From assembly GCA_004356305.1 (NCBI GenBank), contig SMXJ01000035.1, positions 1 to 38,361 of the forward strand: a stretch of 38,361 bases of DNA, given 5' to 3'. A program made the position numbers and the translations under genes. The notes below the pieces were generated by a model, which worked only from the letters and a program-made list of their open reading frames with translations, did not search any database and was not told the origin of the DNA. Each line of letters starts with the position of its first letter. Position 1 is the first letter of the stretch. Positions 1-8,134 of this stretch are shown piece after piece. Origin of the DNA: Bacteroidota bacterium (GTDB taxonomy: Bacteria > Bacteroidota > Bacteroidia > Flavobacteriales > Flavobacteriaceae).

Positions 1-410
1 TCAACAGAGATTCCCTTTTCTTTGGCGGTATCGAACACGAATTTATCAACTTCAGCCTCAGCAGTGAATTGGCTGGGTATCTCAACTTCTTCCCAATTTT
101 TTACACTTGTATAAACAAGGAGGCTCGCATTATTGTTTAATGAAGAAGATAAGAGAACAGTACTGTCACTAACACTACTATTGACTACTTCTCCGTTAAA
201 AATTTGGATCTCTCCCTGCAGATCTTCCAAGGCGCCAAGTGCATACACATTTTTCATATCCTTCAGCGCATCCAAAGAAATAGTGCCCGCAATATTTCCT
301 GCCATAATTTCCATCAGCGCACCCGAATATTTTACGTTTACTTCAGGATCTGTCTTACAACTACTCAATAATATTATGAGTACACCCGCCAGGATATAGA
401 TTTGTTTCAT
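1..410 (-). CDS. Partial (runs off the window start) lipoprotein resembling the flavobacterial alpha-acetolactate decarboxylase-like family
   Basis: Not in the ORF track. Manual translation from ATG at 410 gives MKQIYILAGVLIILLSSCKTDPEVNVKYSGALMEIMAGNIAGTISLDALKDMKNVYALGALEDLQGEIQIFNGE..., open to the window edge. It has a lipobox LSSC, and YALGALEDLQGEIQIFNG resembles the GxGTxxxLxGE segment of ALDC-fold proteins. Confidence 0.65.
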   Translation of the reverse strand, partial: MKQIYILAGVLIILLSSCKTDPEVNVKYSGALMEIMAGNIAGTISLDALKDMKNVYALGALEDLQGEIQIFNGEVVNSSVSDSTVLLSSSLNNNASLLVYTSVKNWEEVEIPSQFTAEAEVDKFVFDTAKEKGISV

Positions 411-440
411 GAAGATTTTTTTTGATTCAGGTACCGATGG

Positions 441-458
441 TCCCGATAGTTATCGGGA
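441..458. repeat. REP-like palindrome TCCCGATA-GT-TATCGGGA
   Basis: Perfect 8-bp inverted repeat with a 2-nt centre, GC-rich, in an intergenic space. It is flanked by extra CCGAT (434-438) and TCGGGAT (459-465) half-sites. Confidence 0.7.
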
Positions 459-505
459 TCGGGATTATTCCTTGTGATCAAAAGGCGTATTCCTTTTTTC
501 CAGAG

Positions 506-1054
506 TTACCTGATCTCACTAGTAACTTTCCCACAGCGTAGCATTTTATCGCCGAAATAAGGATTATTTATCTCATTGCTGTTGCTCAACCAATAACCTC
601 CTTTAAAATCGAATGCCATCGGGCAATATTGTTTATAAACGACTCCCGATTCAATAGCCCCATCAAGCATTTTCTCAACCGCTTGGGTGATCATCACAAA
701 TCCTTCTCGTTGTATCTCCACATCGGTAGACTCGGTGATGGATTGAGCGGCTAATAACACTTCCTCATCGGCACCGGCATCGGCTAATGCAGTCTTTAAA
801 AGTATGGCTTCACCGGCCGTAGAATTGGGATCACTATTGACCAAGGCAGTCTTTAAATTGATATAACTTTGATAGACCGTTGTGACCTTTGGGTCTTTGA
901 ACTTTACTTCGGTCTTCGCGGCGATATAGATTTGATTTGTAGCGATATCCACGGTCACAACCTCAGGATCCCTTTCAGTTTTTTTAGTGTCATTCATACA
1001 AGAAATGAATGAGAGGCTTCCTATGGCTGCCAGGAGTATGATGTGCTTTTTCAT
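506..1054 (-). CDS. DUF3347-domain lipoprotein (putative metal-binding)
   Basis: Lipobox FISC; YINLKTALV..QREGF helical DUF3347-like segment; C-terminal QYCPMAF..GYWLS..INNPYFGDKMLRCG signature. Confidence 0.85.
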   Translation of the reverse strand: MKKHIILLAAIGSLSFISCMNDTKKTERDPEVVTVDIATNQIYIAAKTEVKFKDPKVTTVYQSYINLKTALVNSDPNSTAGEAILLKTALADAGADEEVLLAAQSITESTDVEIQREGFVMITQAVEKMLDGAIESGVVYKQYCPMAFDFKGGYWLSNSNEINNPYFGDKMLRCGKVTSEIR

Positions 1055-1073
1055 TTTTCTGAAATTTAAAATG

Positions 1074-1081
1074 CAAAGATA
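1074..1081 (-). promoter_or_regulatory. Bacteroidota sigma-A -7 box for the DUF3347 gene
   Basis: Reads TATCTTTG on the minus strand (TAnnTTTG consensus), about 20 nt upstream of the ATG at 1054. Confidence 0.6.
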
Positions 1082-1086
1082 TATTT

Positions 1087-1512
1087 CTATATCTTCTTCT
1101 GAAAATAAAACGCCGGAATTAATAATAATAAAAATAGAGGTTGAATTAAAAATCTCCGAACATAGAACAGCGCTAAATGACCTCCCATTTCCTTAGAATA
1201 GATCAAGAAAATAAATGCCATCAACAGTACCACAAAAACGGCTGAGTACAAAAGGGCAGAAATTTTTATGATCTCCTTTTTCATGAATAAGATCCAAAGG
1301 ATCAACAATGAAATGGTCGTGTTCATGAAAAACCGAAGTGCTACGTTCATCAAAAGCTTCCATATATCAAATTCGGGTAGCATTTGGGTACTATGATCTA
1401 CCTTAAAAAACCGGATAAGCGGATCATAGAACAGATCATCTTCGTAGGAACGCACCATTATGAGCAACCCAAAAAGCAACACTACCATAATTATTTTGAG
1501 TGATCTATTCAT
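1087..1512 (-). CDS. Exosortase F system-associated membrane protein
   Basis: Start reassigned to MNRSLKII (ATG at 1512), overlapping the xrtF stop by 8 bp. Motifs LFYDPL, LRFFMNT and LFYVRRFLIQPLFLLLLIPAFYFQ; about 4 TM segments. Confidence 0.85.
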   Translation of the reverse strand: MNRSLKIIMVVLLFGLLIMVRSYEDDLFYDPLIRFFKVDHSTQMLPEFDIWKLLMNVALRFFMNTTISLLILWILFMKKEIIKISALLYSAVFVVLLMAFIFLIYSKEMGGHLALFYVRRFLIQPLFLLLLIPAFYFQKKI

Positions 1513-2059
1513 GAGCAGGTGATGTTTTTTTTGACAACATTCGAACCCAAAGCATCCAAAGCATGAAGACCATTCCGTAAATAATACCGGGGAAAACGAC
1601 CCCGTGGAGTACTTGTTCATAATTCGGATATTCGTACAATGCAACCGCCAATAGCGTGATACGAACGATGTTTGCCGCGTAAATAATTACAGCCCCTGCA
1701 AAAATAAACAAAGCGGTTTTCCTTCTTTTTTCGGCGAAAGCAATGATAAAAGCGATGAACAAAATAATGATACTCATCGCATTACAACCTTCAATGATAC
1801 GAGCCAAATACTGCCCTTCCACAAAAAGTTTCATGGTGGGTTGAGCTTCGTGAGGTACGATGACTGCGTGGTAGCCGATGCCATTTAACAGCGTACTGCT
1901 CTGTTTCGCAACGAGATGAGTAATATAATCCGGTGGATAGATAGACTCTTCAGATAAATTTAGATAGACGGAATATAAAACAGTCAACACCAGATAGGTC
2001 CCCAAAAAGAGAAGGACGAATCGGATTACAGATCTATATTTTACAAGCAGATTTTTCAA
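1505..2059 (-). CDS. xrtF: Exosortase family protein XrtF
   Basis: Multi-TM protein with the exosortase Cys/Arg/His triad contexts RIIEGCNA, NIVRI and LHGVVFP; adjacent to its known partner gene; TTG start. Confidence 0.88.
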   Translation of the reverse strand: MKNLLVKYRSVIRFVLLFLGTYLVLTVLYSVYLNLSEESIYPPDYITHLVAKQSSTLLNGIGYHAVIVPHEAQPTMKLFVEGQYLARIIEGCNAMSIIILFIAFIIAFAEKRRKTALFIFAGAVIIYAANIVRITLLAVALYEYPNYEQVLHGVVFPGIIYGMVFMLWMLWVRMLSKKTSPAHE

Positions 2060-2199
2060 CTATGAATTATTAACAGGCTGCAACCAAGATATAAAAAATC
2101 GACTCCAAACTTCAGCCCCGGCCTTGTGAGTAAAAATATAGAATTAGAATTTGGGAATTGAACCGCATATAAAATACATTTACCCAAAAATTATAAACA

Positions 2200-2655
2200 G
2201 TGACTTTTGAAAGCCTAAAACCCCGGTTAGCTAACATAATTTCAGCTACTCCATTTTCAGTGACAGATAAACTTACCCAAGTTTGTGAATTACTTCAAAC
2301 CTCATTACCTTTTTATAATTGGGTAGGATTTTACTTTGCCGATGAAGCTGAAAAAACACTGCACCTCAAAGCATTTGCCGGAGCATCTACCGAGCATACG
2401 GTAATTCCGTTCGGAAAGGGAATATGTGGTCAGGTGGCCGAAAGTAATACTAATTTTGTCGTAGGAGATGTGCAGGCGCAAGACAATTATATTGCGTGTG
2501 ATATAGCTGTCAAGGCTGAAATTGTAATTCCATTGTTCAAGGACGGTAAAAATATTGGACAGATCGATATCGATTCACATACAGACTATCCATTTACGGC
2601 AAAAGATGAGCGTTTTTTGGAATGGGTGAATGAAAAGGTAGCCGAAATTCTTTAA
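2200..2655 (+). CDS. GAF-domain protein, free methionine-(R)-sulfoxide reductase (MsrC/YebR)-like
   Basis: NWVGFY, IPFGKGICGQVA, YIACD, EIVIP and IGQIDIDS motifs. Confidence 0.8.
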   Translation: MTFESLKPRLANIISATPFSVTDKLTQVCELLQTSLPFYNWVGFYFADEAEKTLHLKAFAGASTEHTVIPFGKGICGQVAESNTNFVVGDVQAQDNYIACDIAVKAEIVIPLFKDGKNIGQIDIDSHTDYPFTAKDERFLEWVNEKVAEIL

Positions 2656-2658
2656 ATT

Positions 2659-3912
2659 TTAATAACCCGTGCGAATGGCCTCTACAGGATCGAGTCTTGA
2701 AGCTGAAATTGCAGGGACAATTCCACTGATTAGTCCTATTCCGGCTGCGATCGTCGTTCCGATAAACATATTCCAGGGAGAGAGGACAAACTCAAAATCA
2801 CCTGTAAAGGATGAAGCGATCAGGGAACCGATATACACGAAGAAAAGGCCTATCAAGCCACCGATAATGGCCAGGATCATAGCTTCGAACAAGAACTGAA
2901 GTAATATAAACCTGTTCTTGGCGCCCAACGATTTTTGAATCCCGATTAGGTTGGTTCGTTCCTTCACGCTAACAAACATAATATTGGCAATTCCAAAACC
3001 CCCTACCAACAGTGAGAAAGCGCTAATAATTAGTCCTATCCAATTCATTGTACCCGTTATATTATCGATAGCATCGGTAAATCCCTGTAATTGATTCACA
3101 AAAAAAGTGTCGATCTCATCAGGTCTGAGCCCGCGAAACAATCGCAGTTTTTGACTTAGTATCGCGATGAACTCGTCATTATCCACTCGCTTATCAGGTT
3201 TTATTATAATGAAGGGGAAAAGATTTTCATTGCTGGCACCAAATAACTTACGTATGATATTGACCGGAAGAAATACAGCAGTATCCTTAGAGTCACCCAG
3301 GGCCATACCCTCTTTTTTCAAGACCCCGATAACAGTGAACTTTCTACCGTAAAGTCTAACCTTTTTACCCAAAGATTTCTCAGGCGAAGTAAATAACGAA
3401 TTCGCAATTTCGTCTCCTAAAACTATGACTTTGGTACCATTGTTAGACTCCAACTCATTGAAAAAACGGCCTTCTTGAATTTTTAGATCCTCTATGTCAT
3501 AATACTCATGGGTAATCGCTCCTATGGAAACATTTTCCACCGACTTATCCTCATACCTGATCGTTTCATTCTGTACATTCAAAGTATAGGAAATAGCCTC
3601 AATATCAGGCATGTTTCTCTTTAAATACTGATACTCCTCAAATGTTGCGGCAGGAAATTGCCGCCATTTCCATCGCGGCACATCGGTAGGCCCGAAAGAA
3701 AAATGGCCCAGATAAATTGTACTGTTATCCAAACCACTTATACTGCCTTCAATCTCTTTTTTTAAAGAATCTACCGCAGCAAATACCGCTATGATTGAAA
3801 AGATGCCAATGGACACTCCAAGCAAGGAAAGAAACGTTCTCAACTTATTGTTTCTCAGCGCATTTAATGCAAAAGTTAAACTTTCCTTTAATACCCGAAG
3901 ATAGATTAACAT
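2659..3912 (-). CDS. ABC transporter permease, MacB/FtsX family
   Basis: NKLRTFLSLLGVSIG N-terminal TM, large periplasmic domain, VGGFGIANIMFVSVKERT..IGIQKSLGA, and C-terminal PAISASRLDPVEAIR. Confidence 0.9.
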   Translation of the reverse strand: MLIYLRVLKESLTFALNALRNNKLRTFLSLLGVSIGIFSIIAVFAAVDSLKKEIEGSISGLDNSTIYLGHFSFGPTDVPRWKWRQFPAATFEEYQYLKRNMPDIEAISYTLNVQNETIRYEDKSVENVSIGAITHEYYDIEDLKIQEGRFFNELESNNGTKVIVLGDEIANSLFTSPEKSLGKKVRLYGRKFTVIGVLKKEGMALGDSKDTAVFLPVNIIRKLFGASNENLFPFIIIKPDKRVDNDEFIAILSQKLRLFRGLRPDEIDTFFVNQLQGFTDAIDNITGTMNWIGLIISAFSLLVGGFGIANIMFVSVKERTNLIGIQKSLGAKNRFILLQFLFEAMILAIIGGLIGLFFVYIGSLIASSFTGDFEFVLSPWNMFIGTTIAAGIGLISGIVPAISASRLDPVEAIRTGY

Positions 3913-3995
3913 GGGCTTCAGCTGGTGGTTTTATATTATAATAAAGATAAGTCTTTTTCAGGCAACATATGTTACAGAAATCCTTAGTATTTGTG

Positions 3996-4003
3996 TACTT
4001 TTG
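3996..4003 (+). promoter_or_regulatory. -7 box upstream of purH
   Basis: TACTTTTG about 30 nt upstream of the ATG at 4033; it also supports that start over the TTG at 3991. Confidence 0.6.
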
Positions 4004-4032
4004 AATCTTTAATTCTCGCAATAAAAATTTTC

Positions 4033-5565
4033 ATGGCAGACTCGAAAAAAATCACTTCCGCGATAATTTCGGTTTATCACAAAGATGGCCTGGCTCCAAT
4101 CGTAAAAAAATTGGATGAACTGGGAGTAGTTCTCTATTCTACGGGGGGAACCGAAAAGTATATCAACGATTTGGGGATTCCCGTGATCCCTGTTGAAAAT
4201 ATCACCGAATATCCTTCCATTTTGGGAGGTCGGGTAAAAACGTTACACCCTAAAGTATTTGGCGGAATTTTAAACCGGCAAGAAAACGAAAGCGACGTGG
4301 CTGAAATGGAACAATTCAATATCCCACAGCTGGATCTGGTGATCGTGGATCTATATCCGTTTGATAAAACAGTGGCTTCAGGCGCTGATGAGCAAGAGAT
4401 CATAGAGCAAATTGATATTGGTGGGATCTCCTTAATTCGTGCTGCTGCAAAAAATTTCAAAGACACTCTTTGCATTTCCTCGATGGAAGACTATGAAGAG
4501 GTTTTGAAGATTATTTCTGAAGGGAACGGGAGTACAACTTTAGAGCAAAGAAAGAACTTTGCAGCGAAATCCTTCAACGTATCATCGCACTACGATACTG
4601 CTATTTTCAATTATTTCAATAGCGATCATGATATAGTTTCTTTAAAAATAAGTGAGACCCGAGGTAAATTACTTCGATATGGAGAGAATCCACATCAAAA
4701 AGGATTTTTCTTTGGAGATTTTGATTCCATGTTTGATAAACTACACGGAAAAGAACTGAGTTATAATAATCTTCTGGACGTAGATGCCGCTGTGAATTTA
4801 ATGAACGAATTTAAAGATGATGCACCCACATTTGCTATTTTAAAACACAACAATGCCTGTGGAATTTCACAAAGAGATACCATATATCAGGCATACGCAG
4901 ACGCGTTAGCAGGCGATCCTGTATCGGCCTTTGGAGGTGTATTGATCAGTAATACTGAAATTGATGAATCCACTTCAGAAGAAATCCATAAATTATTCTG
5001 CGAGGTTGTGATCGCGCCATCCTACACCGCTAAATCGCTTGAAATCTTAAAAGGGAAAAAGAATCGGATTTTATTAATTCAAAAACTATACGAGTTCCCA
5101 AAAACTACGACCAGAAGTTGTTTGAATGGTGCGTTAGTTCAAGACAGAGACACCCTAACCGATTCCGAAGAAAATTTAACACAGGCTACCAACAATAATC
5201 CTTCATCAGGTGAGTTAGATGACTTATTATTTGCGTCCAAGATCTGTAAGCATACTAAATCCAATACCATTGTTTTGGCAAAAAACAAACAATTATTCGC
5301 CAGCGGTACGGGACAGACTTCAAGAGTGGAAGCGCTACGGCAGGCCATTGAAAAGTCAAGATCGTTTGGTTTTGACCTCAACGGAGCCGTGATGGCCAGT
5401 GATGCTTTCTTCCCTTTCCCCGATTGTGTTGAGATCGCGGATAAGGCGGGAATTACTGCTATCATTCAGCCGGGAGGGTCTATAAAGGATGAATTAAGCG
5501 TACATTATTGCAACGAAAATAATGTTTCAATGGTATTTACCGGTGTACGTCATTTTAAACACTAA
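4033..5565 (+). CDS. purH: Bifunctional AICAR transformylase/IMP cyclohydrolase
   Basis: STGGT, GGRVKTLHP, IDIGGISLIRAAAKN, LRYGENPHQ, SYNNLLD, KHNNACG, ASDAFFPFPD, QPGGSIKD and terminal RHFKH. Confidence 0.97.
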   Translation: MADSKKITSAIISVYHKDGLAPIVKKLDELGVVLYSTGGTEKYINDLGIPVIPVENITEYPSILGGRVKTLHPKVFGGILNRQENESDVAEMEQFNIPQLDLVIVDLYPFDKTVASGADEQEIIEQIDIGGISLIRAAAKNFKDTLCISSMEDYEEVLKIISEGNGSTTLEQRKNFAAKSFNVSSHYDTAIFNYFNSDHDIVSLKISETRGKLLRYGENPHQKGFFFGDFDSMFDKLHGKELSYNNLLDVDAAVNLMNEFKDDAPTFAILKHNNACGISQRDTIYQAYADALAGDPVSAFGGVLISNTEIDESTSEEIHKLFCEVVIAPSYTAKSLEILKGKKNRILLIQKLYEFPKTTTRSCLNGALVQDRDTLTDSEENLTQATNNNPSSGELDDLLFASKICKHTKSNTIVLAKNKQLFASGTGQTSRVEALRQAIEKSRSFGFDLNGAVMASDAFFPFPDCVEIADKAGITAIIQPGGSIKDELSVHYCNENNVSMVFTGVRHFKH

Positions 5566-5571
5566 TTTATT

Positions 5572-5579
5572 TACATTTG
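5572..5579 (+). promoter_or_regulatory. -7 box upstream of mreB
   Basis: TACATTTG just after the purH stop, 46 nt before the mreB ATG. Confidence 0.55.
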
Positions 5580-5625
5580 TAGGAATAGCAAACCAACCGT
5601 TTAATTATCAATATTTACACAACAT

Positions 5626-6654
5626 ATGGGATTTTTTGACTTCCTGACCGAAGAAATAGCCATCGACCTTGGAACCGCGAACACACTTATCATCCATAAT
5701 GATAAGGTGGTTGTGGATGCCCCTTCCATCGTTGCGAGAGACCGTACTACCGGAAAAATAATCGCTGTAGGCCGCGAGGCGGCTCGAATGCAAGGTAAAA
5801 CTCACGAAAATATAAAGACCATCCGTCCATTGAAAGATGGAGTAATTGCCGACTTTGATGCCAGTGAAAAGATGATCAATATGTTCATAAAGGACATTCC
5901 TGCACTTAGAAAGAAATGGTTGACCCCTTCATTGCGGATGGTGATTTGTATTCCTAGTGGAATTACCGAAGTGGAGATGCGTGCGGTAAAAGAAAGTGCC
6001 GAGCGTGTAAATGGAAAAGAAGTGTATTTGATTCATGAACCTATGGCGGCCGCCATCGGAATTGGCGTGGATATCATGCAACCCAAAGGAAATATGGTCG
6101 TGGATATAGGAGGTGGTACAACGGAAATTGCCGTGATTGCTTTAGGTGGGATCGTTTGTGATAAATCCATCAAGATCGCAGGTGATGTGTTTACCAACGA
6201 CATTGTTTATTATATGCGCACTCAGCACAATCTGTATATTGGGGAGCGTACTGCCGAAAGGGTAAAAATCGAGGTGGGCTCTGCGATAGAAGACCTCGAA
6301 CATCCACCGGAAGACGTGGGAGTGCAAGGACGTGACCTGCTAACCGGAAAACCAAAGCAAGTTCAAGCATCATATCGAGAAATCGCAAAAGCACTCGACA
6401 AATCCATTTTAAGAGTTGAAGATGCCGTTATGGAAACGCTGTCAAAAACCCCTCCCGAACTGGCGGCAGATATTTACAATACCGGCATCTATCTTGCAGG
6501 AGGTGGATCGATGTTGCGCGGTTTGGACAAACGTATTTCTCAAAAAACAGATCTGCCTGTTTACATTGCCGAAGACCCATTACGAGTTGTCGTTCATGGA
6601 ACCGGAATTTGTTTAAAAAACCTCAACAGATATAAAAGTGTATTGATCAAATAA
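5626..6654 (+). CDS. mreB: Rod shape-determining protein MreB
   Basis: IAIDLGTANT, RPLKDGVIADF, EPMAAAIG, VVDIGGGTTE and LAGGGSMLRG actin-fold motifs. Confidence 0.97.
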   Translation: MGFFDFLTEEIAIDLGTANTLIIHNDKVVVDAPSIVARDRTTGKIIAVGREAARMQGKTHENIKTIRPLKDGVIADFDASEKMINMFIKDIPALRKKWLTPSLRMVICIPSGITEVEMRAVKESAERVNGKEVYLIHEPMAAAIGIGVDIMQPKGNMVVDIGGGTTEIAVIALGGIVCDKSIKIAGDVFTNDIVYYMRTQHNLYIGERTAERVKIEVGSAIEDLEHPPEDVGVQGRDLLTGKPKQVQASYREIAKALDKSILRVEDAVMETLSKTPPELAADIYNTGIYLAGGGSMLRGLDKRISQKTDLPVYIAEDPLRVVVHGTGICLKNLNRYKSVLIK

Positions 6655-6807
6655 GACTTTACCCTGTTTAATTTATTTTCAAACACTATGGGAAATCATA
6701 CAATAACATCCCACTCTGTAGCGGGATACATATAAAGAAACCTAATTGATTCAATACATAGATGAACATAATTTCTGGTAACTAGTCTATATTAAAACCC
6801 CAACGCC

Positions 6808-7638
6808 GTGCAACAGATTATCTTTTTTTTCGTTCGGAATAAGTATTTCCTGTTGTTCGCACTCTTGTTTTTTATCTCGTTTGTTTTAACGATCAATTCT
6901 CACACCTATCATAAAAGCAAGGTGGTGACTTCGGCCAATTTTCTTTCAGGAGGAATTTATTCGATCAAAAGCAGTATTACAGATTATTTCGATCTGCACC
7001 AACAAAACATGACCTTGACGGAAGAAAACAATAGACTCCGCACTCTGTTGTTTAATAGTGGTATGATGGATTCCGAAATGGCCCTGGATTCAATGGTGCT
7101 GGATTCCAATTATACCTTTGTCACCGCCCAGGTCATTAACAACAGCTATTCCAAAACCAAGAACAATCTCACCCTTAACCGTGGCTCGAATGATAGTCTA
7201 AAAATAGATATGGGGGTTATTTCACCTCAGGGCGTGGTAGGTATTGTGGTTAGCCTTTCCAAGAACTATGCATCGGTTCAGTCTATTTTAAACTCCAACA
7301 GTCAGGTAGTGGCAAAATTTAAAAAATCGAATCACTTTGGAACTTTGGTATGGGACGGAAAACAACCCAACATTGTACAATTGATTGAAATACCCCGTCT
7401 GGCATCGGTGGTTTTGGGTGATACTATTGTGACCGATGGCAAATCCACTATTTTTCCTCCGGGCATAATGATAGGAAAAGTGCATAATTTTGACCGGAAT
7501 GAAGGAGATGACTATTACGATATTAATATTGAGCTGTTCACAGATATGACAAGTGTTAAACATGTGTATCTTGTATCACAGCGTGATGCGCCGGAAATAA
7601 AAGAACTCGAAAAAACGGTAGAAGATGTGGAGCAATAG
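6808..7638 (+). CDS. mreC: Rod shape-determining protein MreC
   Basis: N-terminal TM, coiled coil (LTEENNRLR), MGVISPQGVVG, GDTIVTDGKSTIFPPGIMIG; position after mreB. Confidence 0.93.
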   Translation: MQQIIFFFVRNKYFLLFALLFFISFVLTINSHTYHKSKVVTSANFLSGGIYSIKSSITDYFDLHQQNMTLTEENNRLRTLLFNSGMMDSEMALDSMVLDSNYTFVTAQVINNSYSKTKNNLTLNRGSNDSLKIDMGVISPQGVVGIVVSLSKNYASVQSILNSNSQVVAKFKKSNHFGTLVWDGKQPNIVQLIEIPRLASVVLGDTIVTDGKSTIFPPGIMIGKVHNFDRNEGDDYYDINIELFTDMTSVKHVYLVSQRDAPEIKELEKTVEDVEQ

Positions 7639-8134
7639 TGTGTTGGTCAATATCGTTCGGTTCATCACACTTATTTTAGTGCAGGTCTTACTATTGAACC
7701 ATGTAAATTTTTTAGGGTATATAAATCCATACATATATCCCTTGTTCATTTTAATTTTCCCACTTAAGGGGAATAAAGGGTTGCTTATCTTTTTAAGCTT
7801 TATATTGGGATTGACCATAGACATGTTCGAAGATTCGGGAGGCGTACATGCGGCTGCAAGTGTTTTTATAGCCTGGATTCGCCCCGTGGTACTAAAGTAT
7901 TCTTTTGGAGTAAGTTATAAGCTTAATACGTTAAAAATAAGTACCGCTCCACTGTCGAAGCAAATCATTTACATTATAATTATGGTGTTTTTTCATCATA
8001 TGATGTTGTTCTCTATGGAAATTTTTAACGTAAACCACATACTATTAATTTTAAAATCGACGTTATTTTCAGGTATTTTCAGTACCATCATAATGGTGAT
8101 CAGTATCCTATTATTCAGTAGAAAAAATATATGA
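7625..8134 (+). CDS. mreD: Rod shape-determining protein MreD
   Basis: Hydrophobic 169 aa protein with LGLTIDMF..GGVHAAA; overlaps both mreC and mrdA. Confidence 0.88.
   Translation: MWSNSVLVNIVRFITLILVQVLLLNHVNFLGYINPYIYPLFILIFPLKGNKGLLIFLSFILGLTIDMFEDSGGVHAAASVFIAWIRPVVLKYSFGVSYKLNTLKISTAPLSKQIIYIIIMVFFHHMMLFSMEIFNVNHILLILKSTLFSGIFSTIIMVISILLFSRKNI

Noticed and set aside
133-399. 88-aa plus-strand ORF
   Set aside because: It is the antisense shadow of the minus-strand lipoprotein gene starting at 410.
1513-1644. Cys-rich N-terminal extension on the XrtF-associated protein
   Set aside because: It is an artefact of the longest-ORF call overlapping xrtF; the coupled ATG at 1512 is the better start.
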